Of a stretch of DNA of 40,000 nt, positions 8,400 to 15,692 are shown piece after piece. Position 1 is the first letter of the stretch. The number at the start of each line of letters is the position of its first letter. The notes beneath the pieces are model-generated. The model was given only the letters and a program-made list of their open reading frames with translations, searched no databases and was not told where the DNA came from. Origin of the DNA: Clostridia bacterium (lineage in GTDB: Bacteria > Bacillota > Clostridia > TANB77 > CAG-465); contig JAFWCU010000035.1 of assembly GCA_017534305.1 (NCBI GenBank), positions 184,749 to 224,748 on the forward strand, read 5' to 3'. Position numbers and translations under genes: made by a program.

Positions 8400-8978
8400 A
8401 GTAAATACTATGGTTTAGGTCCAGTAGAATTTCTCTGCAATCTACTAACCATTGCTAGTTAGCCGTTTCCGTTTAAAGACAACACATGGGGGTTACCCCT
8501 ACCATGAACTGGATCGCCACTTAAATCCATACTTTAATCCTTAAAAAATCTTATCCTTTTGGACAAACATCCTAGAAGTTTTCCTTTGGTGTGCACTGTA
8601 CAATTACTAGTCTCTTTTGCAGTGTAAATTTCATTACCAGGTATCAAGTTATAATTGGCCACATATAACTTCATACCATTTTAACGGGTAAATCCCAATA
8701 ACACCACTCAAGACAGGCTACGCTACATATTGTGTCTTGGCACTCAATGTAGGGTTTTACTAATTGTGTCTATCATCATATTTAGAACTTTTAGCCTCAG
8801 CGAAAATAGGATGCGGTATTATATGCCATTATAATCTACTCCTAAATTCTTTACTCCCAGAGTACACGCAAAACTGGGCGTTTCGCGCATAGACCAGAAA
8901 CTTCATCGGTATGCCTACTAGTGGATTTTTAGCCCCACCCTCGTAAAAGTTCGTGCAACTAGAATAATGCACCATCAC
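8400..8978 (-). ncRNA. ole: large structured non-coding RNA, probably OLE (ornate, large, extremophilic) RNA
   Basis: No ORF of 60 aa or more on either strand. G+C rises sharply (8461-8520 is 31/60 G+C, against 10/60 for 9061-9120). There are multiple GC-rich helices, including the GNRA-capped hairpin at 8485-8506. A dedicated promoter lies at 8984-9012. The RNA is followed by an oapA-like gene. Ends are approximate: the 5' end is inferred from the -10 box and the 3' end is undefined. Confidence 0.65.
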
Positions 8979-8983
8979 ATATT

Positions 8984-9012
8984 ATTATACCACAATTGAA
9001 TCAAAAATGCAA
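8984..9012 (-). promoter_or_regulatory. sigma-A type promoter driving the large ncRNA
   Basis: On the minus sense: TTGCAT (9012-9007), a 17-nt spacer, then TGgTATAAT (extended -10, TATAAT at 8989-8984). The predicted TSS is about 8976-8978. Confidence 0.7.
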
Positions 9013-9189
9013 GTTGATTGCACATTAAAAGGATTACATAAAACATATAACACAGATATAGAGCCAGTTATATGAATTTTTGTTTTTTTATAAAAAAGAA
9101 GAAAATTATAAAAAAATACAAAAATTTATACTTTTATCTTTTCTTTTTTGTAATTTATGGTAAAATCTTTGTCAGAGGTGATATATACT

Positions 9190-10161
9190 ATGGCAAGAAA
9201 GGGAAACAATAAAAGTTCCCTTCTCGAGATAATTATTGGGCTGGTTTTATTAGCATTAATAATTTTTGCTGGTAGCAGATTAGACACGTCTATAATTAAC
9301 GACTTCTTGAACATAGAATCAAACTCGCTAGAAAATGTTGAGACTTTACCAAGTCAAAACACAACTCCTACTGCTGTGGATGGTAATCTAGTAATTGACT
9401 ATATTGACGTTGGCCAAGGAGATAGTATTCTAATACGTCAAGGTGAGCATGCTATGCTTATTGATGGTGGAACAATTGAATCCAAAGATACTATTTTAGA
9501 CTTTCTTGAGGACGAAAATGTAGATCATCTAGATTATATTGTGGGAACACATCCACATGAAGATCATATTGGAAGCTTAGATGATGTAGTTACAGCTATA
9601 GATTTTGATACGATACTTTTTCCAAAAGTTACAACTACAACAAAGACTTTTGAAAACTTAGTACTAGCTGTACAAAACAAAGGGAAAAAATTTAAGACTC
9701 CAGTAGTTGGGGAGGAATATTCTTTAGGTGAGGCAAGATTTATTATATTAGCTCCAAATTCAGTCTCTTATCAATCGCTAAACAACTATTCTATTGTTAT
9801 TAAGATGACGTATGGTACAAATACTTTCATGTTTACAGGAGATGCTGAAACACTATCAGAAAAAGAAATATTAGCTTTAGGCTATGACTTATCTGCAGAT
9901 GTGTTAAAGCTAGGACATCATGGTGCGACAACTTCAAGTTCGCAAAAATTCTTAGATGCAGTAAATCCTAAATATGCTATAATATCATGTGGTAAAAATA
10001 ACACATACAAGCATCCTACCAAAACAACAATGGACAAAATGGTTAAAATGCAAATTGATGTTTATAGAACAGACGAACAAGGAACTATAGAACTTGTAAG
10101 TAATGGTGAAACTATTACATTCAACGTTGAACCAGGTAGCTATAGTTATATGGGAGGTTAG
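9190..10161 (+). CDS. ComEC-C-terminal-type metallo-beta-lactamase fold hydrolase, membrane-anchored
   Basis: Start set at ATG 9190 (RBS GAGGTGA). Motifs DVGQGDS, HPHEDHIGS, TGDAE and LKLGHHG. N-terminal TM helix. Confidence 0.8.
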   Translation: MARKGNNKSSLLEIIIGLVLLALIIFAGSRLDTSIINDFLNIESNSLENVETLPSQNTTPTAVDGNLVIDYIDVGQGDSILIRQGEHAMLIDGGTIESKDTILDFLEDENVDHLDYIVGTHPHEDHIGSLDDVVTAIDFDTILFPKVTTTTKTFENLVLAVQNKGKKFKTPVVGEEYSLGEARFIILAPNSVSYQSLNNYSIVIKMTYGTNTFMFTGDAETLSEKEILALGYDLSADVLKLGHHGATTSSSQKFLDAVNPKYAIISCGKNNTYKHPTKTTMDKMVKMQIDVYRTDEQGTIELVSNGETITFNVEPGSYSYMGG

Positions 10162-10163
10162 CT

Positions 10164-10388
10164 ATGCAAGGTATTGTAGATAGAATAGAGGATGATATTG
10201 TAGTAATAGAAGCAGAAGGTACTATGTATAACGTAGATATCGAACTTGTTGAAGACGAAATTTCTGAAGGAGACGTAGTAGATATTGAATTTGCGGATAA
10301 CGAGATAATCTGTGTAACTAAAGATTATTCACAAACCAAAGAGCGAGAGGCGTATATAGAAGAGTTAACTCGAGATATGTGGGAATAA
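10164..10388 (+). CDS. DUF3006-like small protein
   Basis: 74 aa starting MQGIVDRIEDDIVVIEAEG. It is a typical small partner gene immediately after ComEC-type MBL genes, 2 nt after the preceding stop. Confidence 0.6.
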   Translation: MQGIVDRIEDDIVVIEAEGTMYNVDIELVEDEISEGDVVDIEFADNEIICVTKDYSQTKEREAYIEELTRDMWE

Positions 10389-10432
10389 TAATTAAGGAAA
10401 TAAAACATAAATATACTGTAGGAGGTATGTTT

Positions 10433-11125
10433 ATGTTTTTTTCTTATTTACTACAATTATTTACGAGTCTTTTTGGACTATTTGGATATATATCACAAGA
10501 CAAATTATATCCAGAACCTTTAAGTAAGACTGAGGAAGAATATTATTTAAGAAAATACTTTCAAGGGGATAAAGATGCAAGAAATATTTTAATTGAACAC
10601 AATTTAAGACTTGTTGCACATATTGCTAAAAAGTTTACAGATGATAAACAAGAACTAGAAGAATATATTTCAATAGGCACCATTGGACTAATAAAGGCCA
10701 TAGACAGCTTTAAAGAGAACAAGGGGTATAAGATTAGTACTTACGCTTCAAGATGCATAGAAAACGAAATATTAATGAATATACGAAGTTCGAAAAAGAT
10801 AAAACAAGAGGTTTCACTAAATCAAGTAATTGGAACAGACAAAGATGGAAATGACATGGAACTAGAAGATACACTTGTAATACAAGAGAAAGACTTTGCA
10901 GATTCAATACATGATAGGACAATGCTAAAACAAGTATTATCTTTTATGGATAAAAATCTAGATGATAGAGAAAAGTATATTATGAATAAAAGATATGGAA
11001 TAGATGGAAATAAAGCAAAAACACAACAAGAGTTAGCTTCAGAACTTGGAATATCTAGATCTTATGTATCTAGAATTGAAACTAAAATACAAGATATGTT
11101 AAATAAAGTATTTAAATCCCAGTAA
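10433..11125 (+). CDS. sigK: RNA polymerase sporulation sigma factor K (pro-sigma-K), uninterrupted
   Basis: LIEHNLRLVAHIAKKF, ISIGTIGLIKA, YASRCIENEILM and GISRSYVSRIE closely match the B. subtilis SigK regions. A hydrophobic pro-sequence precedes YPEPLS. Start chosen 7 nt after GGAGG (the alternative ATG is at 10427). Confidence 0.85.
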   Translation: MFFSYLLQLFTSLFGLFGYISQDKLYPEPLSKTEEEYYLRKYFQGDKDARNILIEHNLRLVAHIAKKFTDDKQELEEYISIGTIGLIKAIDSFKENKGYKISTYASRCIENEILMNIRSSKKIKQEVSLNQVIGTDKDGNDMELEDTLVIQEKDFADSIHDRTMLKQVLSFMDKNLDDREKYIMNKRYGIDGNKAKTQQELASELGISRSYVSRIETKIQDMLNKVFKSQ

Positions 11126-11248
11126 TAAAAAACTATACAAAATATTACATAATTAGTGCTAAAAATATTGTAATAATACTAACTTTATGCTAAAATAATC
11201 TACGATAAAATAATTAAAATGGACAAGATTAATTAGGAGGAAACAAAA

Positions 11249-11854
11249 GTGAAAAGCAAGAATTATCTAGGTAAGCCAGATGAAAACAGAGGAATATTAA
11301 TAGCTCTTGCAATATTTGTAGTTATATTTGCAGTAGTATTTATAATAAATGCAATTTCTAAAAGTCATGATATTGAAGAAGTAGTTTTTGAAGAGGATTT
11401 TGCAGTAGCAGAAAAAACAACAGCTACAATTAGTAAATTAGAAGTTACAGAATCAAAAGTATTAATTGAAGGATTATTAAAAGCAGGATTAACACAAGCA
11501 AGAATAATAAAATTAAGAGACGTAGATTTAGTATTAAGAGCAAATCAAGAAGATAAATATGAGTTTAATCTTGGTTATCATATATCTGCAGAAGATATAG
11601 ATTTCTCTACCAAACTTAAAGATAGTGTAGTTTTAGACTTAAATCAAATTGAACCAGGAGAATATAAAGTTTTCTTAAGAGTTAAATTTGAAAGCTCATC
11701 AAACGAACAAGGTTACGCATATAAATATTATTCACTAGCTAGTAGTGAAGAACTTCAAAATATAGAACAAGAAGGTTTAAAAATTTCTTTGGACAAATAT
11801 AAAGGAGTTTTAGACTATTTAACAATAACAAAAATACAAGTAACTGAAGAATAG
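11249..11854 (+). CDS. hypothetical membrane-anchored protein
   Basis: GTG start 8 nt after AGGAGG. One N-terminal TM helix (ILIALAIFVVIFAVVFIINAI) followed by a beta-rich ectodomain. No family recognised. Confidence 0.6.
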   Translation: MKSKNYLGKPDENRGILIALAIFVVIFAVVFIINAISKSHDIEEVVFEEDFAVAEKTTATISKLEVTESKVLIEGLLKAGLTQARIIKLRDVDLVLRANQEDKYEFNLGYHISAEDIDFSTKLKDSVVLDLNQIEPGEYKVFLRVKFESSSNEQGYAYKYYSLASSEELQNIEQEGLKISLDKYKGVLDYLTITKIQVTEE

Positions 11855-11875
11855 TTAAATAAAGAACAAAAATAA

Positions 11876-11903
11876 AGGAAGGATTTAATCCTTCCTCTTT
11901 TTT
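11876..11903. terminator. bidirectional rho-independent terminator
   Basis: AGGAAGGAT-tta-ATCCTTCCT 9-bp hairpin followed by CTTTTTT. It sits between convergent genes. Confidence 0.75.
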
Positions 11904-12363
11904 AGTCAATATCACGTAAGCAATATGCTTTTTTTGCTCTCATAACAGCAGAGTGAACTCCTTCTTTATAAACTCTCATATATGAAGTGTTATCCCATCT
12001 ACCATCTATTCTTGTAGCAACTCTTTTTAAAGTTACTGTTCTATTTTCCATATCTATATTTTCAACTTTATACATTTTAACAACATCACTATCTAAAGCA
12101 TAGTTTGCTTCTATATATATACCTTTAGTAGATATTCTAACTAAGCTTTTAGATTTAAAATATCCAACACCAGTACGCATTATCTTTTCAAGTTTACCTG
12201 TAGAAGCACAAAATGCAGCTGCAGCACCATATCTTGCTTTTGGTTGCATAAATCTAAATGTTTGAATCCACATAGCAGGATATCCTTTTTTAGTAATAGT
12301 GATTGGCTTAACTAGTCTTTTAACGTCATCTTCTTGAGTGATTTCTTCTAATTTTTCTTCCAT
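11902..12363 (-). CDS. hypothetical soluble protein (153 aa), unknown family
   Basis: Clean ORF with RBS AAGGATGG, a near-consensus promoter and its own terminator. No motif I can assign. Confidence 0.65.
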   Translation of the reverse strand: MEEKLEEITQEDDVKRLVKPITITKKGYPAMWIQTFRFMQPKARYGAAAAFCASTGKLEKIMRTGVGYFKSKSLVRISTKGIYIEANYALDSDVVKMYKVENIDMENRTVTLKRVATRIDGRWDNTSYMRVYKEGVHSAVMRAKKAYCLRDID

Positions 12364-12389
12364 AATTTATACCATCCTTATACATATGA

Positions 12390-12418
12390 ATTATACCATA
12401 GTATATGTGCAAAGTCAA
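12390..12418 (-). promoter_or_regulatory. near-consensus sigma-A promoter for the 153-aa gene
   Basis: On the minus sense: TTGACT (12418-12413), a 17-nt spacer, then TGgTATAAT (TATAAT at 12395-12390). Confidence 0.7.
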
Positions 12419-12516
12419 AAAAATTATTTTTAAAAATTTTCTCAAAAAATGTATACATATACTAAAATTTTTGTTATAATTTTACATGAGTTAAATGAAA
12501 AATATGGAGGTAATAT

Positions 12517-12963
12517 ATGCAGCTAGGAAAAAGCTATATCGAAGATATAGAAAGAATCTGCAGAGCTGCTGATGATTATGTGGCCGAAGGAAATAATGAT
12601 GAGGCATATAGAAAATATAAAGAGGCCCTAGACATTATACCAGAACCCAAAACTGCATATGAAACAGCTACTTGGATTTTTGTATCAATTGGAGATTTAT
12701 ATTTTAAAACTGGAAGATATGATTTAGCAAAAGATTACTTTTATGAAGCAAAAGAGTGTCCAAATGGTGTAAGTAATCCTTATGTACTATTTAGACTTGG
12801 ACAATCATTAGTAGAAACTAATGATGAAAAAGACGCTAAAGAATTTCTACTTCGTGCATATATGTTAGTAGGAGATGATATCTTCTGGGATGAAGATGAA
12901 AAATATTATAATGTAATAAAGGAAATGATTAAAATAGATGAAACGGATAGTGATATACTATAA
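12517..12963 (+). CDS. TPR-like repeat protein
   Basis: 148 aa, helical, with TPR-like segments (AYRKYKEALDIIPE, IGDLYFKTGRYDLAKDYFYEAKE). RBS GGAGG. Confidence 0.55.
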   Translation: MQLGKSYIEDIERICRAADDYVAEGNNDEAYRKYKEALDIIPEPKTAYETATWIFVSIGDLYFKTGRYDLAKDYFYEAKECPNGVSNPYVLFRLGQSLVETNDEKDAKEFLLRAYMLVGDDIFWDEDEKYYNVIKEMIKIDETDSDIL

Positions 12964-12991
12964 TTTGTAGTAATTTGCTATTCGTTTTTTC

Positions 12992-13020
12992 TTGCAATAT
13001 GACATAAAAAATGGTATAAT
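12992..13020 (+). promoter_or_regulatory. sigma-A promoter for the small membrane protein gene
   Basis: TTGCAA (12992-12997), a 17-nt spacer, then TGgTATAAT (13012-13020). Confidence 0.6.
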
Positions 13021-13079
13021 TCATGTGTCAACTAAGATAAAAAGATGTTTAAAAATAATTTTTTAAAGGAGGCGGTATT

Positions 13080-13385
13080 ATGATTATAATGCTAATTGAA
13101 TTACTATTCGTATATTTATTAATGCGATTTATTGAAGAGATAGGCCTTAAAGGTTCATGCATATTCTATATGGTGTTAAACGTAATAGGTGCTTTAGTAG
13201 CATCAACTGTTACAGTAGCATCAGTACTTTGGGCAGCATTTTACGGATTAATATATGGCGTTATTGCATATATAGCTGCAAAATTTTTCTTGTTCTTAAT
13301 TAGAGTACTTGGTACACTAGGCGTTTTTTTGGTAATAGCTATATCTATATTAATAATACTTGGAATGTTAGGAATAGTAATATAA
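13080..13385 (+). CDS. small integral membrane protein (3 TM), unknown function
   Basis: 101 aa, almost entirely hydrophobic. RBS AAGGAGG 7 nt upstream. A terminator follows. Confidence 0.6.
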   Translation: MIIMLIELLFVYLLMRFIEEIGLKGSCIFYMVLNVIGALVASTVTVASVLWAAFYGLIYGVIAYIAAKFFLFLIRVLGTLGVFLVIAISILIILGMLGIVI

Positions 13386-13399
13386 TTAAATATTAAAAA

Positions 13400-13424
13400 G
13401 AGAGCTTAATGCTCTCATTTTTTT
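13400..13424 (+). terminator. rho-independent terminator
   Basis: GAGAGC-ttaat-GCTCTC hairpin followed by ATTTTTTT. Confidence 0.65.
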
Positions 13425-13449
13425 GTCGAAATTTTTGGTACGATTTTCT

Positions 13450-13479
13450 TTGACATTCCACTATTTTAGGGGTTATAAT
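13450..13479 (+). promoter_or_regulatory. sigma-A promoter of the sortase-adhesin operon
   Basis: Perfect TTGACA (13450-13455), an 18-nt spacer, then TATAAT (13474-13479). Confidence 0.65.
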
Positions 13480-13506
13480 TGAGTCAGCCTTAAAGGAGGT
13501 GAGAAG

Positions 13507-14064
13507 TTGCAGGTAAAAAGACGGAAGTTTATCTTGCTTTTGTTATTATTCATAATAATTACGATTTTTACAATTTTCAGTTATTCAAATATATACAAGA
13601 TTAATGTAAGTGATTATCCTCCAAAAACAATTAATCTAGAAAATATCAATTTATATCAAGACGACAAAAATTTTATTCAAAAAGATGAATGGACATTATC
13701 CATTCCAATTTTAAATCTATATAATATCCCCATAATAGATAGTATTGAGGTAGATAAATTAGAAGACTATATAGGTCATTTCCCCATAAGTTCATATTTA
13801 AAAGGCAATATTTGTTTAGCAGCACATAATGATGGCTTTAAAAATAATTATTTTAAAGATATTAATAGCTTATGTACTGGAGACAAATTAATATATTCAT
13901 ATAATAATATAGAAAAATCATACTATGTAGATAGAATATATACTATATCTAGTACAGATTTTTCGTTTTTAAACTTAGATCAAAAAGATAAATTAACTCT
14001 TGTTACCTGTATTTCAAACTCACCTCTTATAAGGCTTTGTGTAGAAGCAGTAAATAAGGAGTGA
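13507..14064 (+). CDS. sortase (cysteine transpeptidase), membrane-anchored
   Basis: TTG start after AAAGGAGGTGA. N-terminal TM helix. Catalytic His in LAAHN, the TLVTC active-site motif (LTLVTC) and a downstream Arg (LIRLC). Confidence 0.85.
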   Translation: MQVKRRKFILLLLLFIIITIFTIFSYSNIYKINVSDYPPKTINLENINLYQDDKNFIQKDEWTLSIPILNLYNIPIIDSIEVDKLEDYIGHFPISSYLKGNICLAAHNDGFKNNYFKDINSLCTGDKLIYSYNNIEKSYYVDRIYTISSTDFSFLNLDQKDKLTLVTCISNSPLIRLCVEAVNKE

Positions 14065-14068
14065 TTAC

Positions 14069-15607
14069 ATGACAAAGGTATACGAGTATAAAGATTCAAT
14101 GCTTGGATTAATACACAAAAAAAGAAGAAGAATATTTGCATATTTAAGACAAAACCAAATTAAAAGAATTAAAGCAATATTACTCATATTAGTAGTTGTA
14201 TTTTCAAATTGCTCAATTTTTGCAGTAGAAAATAACAATATTAACTATGGAAAATATAAAATAAATGTTGTTAAAGACCCCTTTATGTACGTTATATTTA
14301 ATGGAGTAATGCAACCAAATTATATGTATAGTTACTCAGATGAAGAAGAAAGATGTGTATATTGTTTAGAAAGAGGAAAAGTTGGGCCTGAAAGCAAAGA
14401 TGAGTATTTTGTAGATGCTAAAGAAAAAATAACAGATGAAATGCTACAGCTAATATTATTAAATTGTTATCCATACAAAAGCCCAGAAGAGTTAGGCCTA
14501 ATGTCAATTGAACAAGCAAAATTTGCTTCTCAGTTTGCTATTTGGTGTTATACATCTGGTGTGAATATAGATAGCATAGAACCTATTAGTGATTTAAATT
14601 TAGACATGATACAAGCAATTAAAAAAATATATTATTCAAAAGATGGTAATTTAGATGACTACAAAGTAGACTTAAATATCAAAGAAGACAAGATGCAAAT
14701 AGAAAATGGATATATAACTAAAACTCTAGAGCTAGATACAAAGAATATCTTAGAGTATAACATCACAACTTTAGATAGTAATATATCCATAAAAAAAGAA
14801 GAAAATAGGTATAAGATATATTTACCATTAGATAAGATAGAAAATAAATATAGCACATCTTTAAAAATAGAATACAAAGCAAAAGAGAATATTTCACTAC
14901 TTGGTAAAAAAGAAGATGCAAATAATCAAGATATGGCTGTACTTTTAGATACTACATTTAATGGTCAAGATAGTTATATTTTAAATTTTGCAGTAACTAC
15001 AACAGATTTTACTTTGCAAAAGATAGATAAAGATACAAAAGAACCATTAAGTGGAGTGGAATATAGCATTACAGATAATAACAATATAGACTATGGTACA
15101 AAAGTAACAGATGAAAACGGAAAACTAACTTTAAAAATTAAATATGTTGATGGTGCAAATATAATTGTTAAAGAGGTAAAAAGCAAAGAAGGATATGTGT
15201 GTGATACAAATCCATATATATACCAATTAAAAGGATGCCCAGTATGCAATGAAATACTAGAAAACGAAAAAGAAAAAGGGATAATTCAAATAATAAAAAA
15301 GACTAAGGAATACAATAAAGCAACAGATATTAAAGAGAATTCTCCTCTTCAAAACGTTGAATTTGAAATATTAGATAGCAATATGAATATAGTCCAAAAA
15401 GTAACAACAGATGAATATGGATACTGTAAAACAGAGAGAATTCCAATTGGAAAGTATTATATCAAAGAGACAAAAACAAATCCAAATTATGAACTGTTAA
15501 AAGAATTAGTTGAAGTAGAAATAAAAGATAATGATGATCAACTGCTAGTTCAAATATTGAATGATAATGCTACTATTTTAAATGAATTGCCAGTTACAGG
15601 AAAGTAA
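14069..15607 (+). CDS. surface adhesin: thioester (TQxA) domain followed by two SpaA/CnaB-like Ig-fold domains and a C-terminal LPVTG
   Basis: Candidate thioester Cys in VYCLERG and Gln in SQFAIW (TQxAIW-type motif). Repeats FTLQKIDKDTKEPLSGVEY...VKEVKSKEGY and IQIIKK...VEFEIL...YYIKETKTNPNYEL. The protein ends ...NELPVTGK followed by TAA TAA. The gene is 4 nt after the sortase gene. Confidence 0.8.
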   Translation: MTKVYEYKDSMLGLIHKKRRRIFAYLRQNQIKRIKAILLILVVVFSNCSIFAVENNNINYGKYKINVVKDPFMYVIFNGVMQPNYMYSYSDEEERCVYCLERGKVGPESKDEYFVDAKEKITDEMLQLILLNCYPYKSPEELGLMSIEQAKFASQFAIWCYTSGVNIDSIEPISDLNLDMIQAIKKIYYSKDGNLDDYKVDLNIKEDKMQIENGYITKTLELDTKNILEYNITTLDSNISIKKEENRYKIYLPLDKIENKYSTSLKIEYKAKENISLLGKKEDANNQDMAVLLDTTFNGQDSYILNFAVTTTDFTLQKIDKDTKEPLSGVEYSITDNNNIDYGTKVTDENGKLTLKIKYVDGANIIVKEVKSKEGYVCDTNPYIYQLKGCPVCNEILENEKEKGIIQIIKKTKEYNKATDIKENSPLQNVEFEILDSNMNIVQKVTTDEYGYCKTERIPIGKYYIKETKTNPNYELLKELVEVEIKDNDDQLLVQILNDNATILNELPVTGK

Positions 15608-15692
15608 TAATTATTATTCATAATTAATAAAATTAATGTAATATATTGTAAATAACCACATTTTAATATATAATCTAGGCGGAGGGATGTTT

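Noticed and set aside
7924-8400. Plus-strand ORFs 7924..8139 (71 aa) and 8149..8400 (83 aa)
   Set aside because: They are antisense to the well-formed four-TM gene, which has an RBS and a terminator. They have no RBS and low-complexity hydrophobic translations typical of shadow ORFs.
8400-8978. Alternative identities for the structured RNA: RNase P RNA, tmRNA, or a group II intron remnant
   Set aside because: There is no GAGGAAAGUCC-type CR-I element on either strand (neither GAGGAAAGTCC nor its complement GGACTTTCCTC is present). There is no tRNA-like GGUUCGAAUCC/ACCA 3' end or tag-peptide reading frame for tmRNA. There is no intron-encoded protein, no GUGYG 5' end and no recognisable domain V for a group II intron. 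The length of about 580 nt and the fused membrane-protein gene fit OLE/OapA better.
9126-9314. 62-aa minus-strand ORF in the divergent promoter region, overlapping the MBL gene start
   Set aside because: It has no RBS. It overlaps the N-terminus of the supported + strand gene and the AT-rich promoter region, so it is likely spurious.
13386-13506. Possible c-di-GMP or other riboswitch upstream of the sortase/adhesin operon
   Set aside because: After subtracting the upstream terminator and the TTGACA/TATAAT promoter, only about 25-30 nt of leader remain. That is too short for a riboswitch aptamer.
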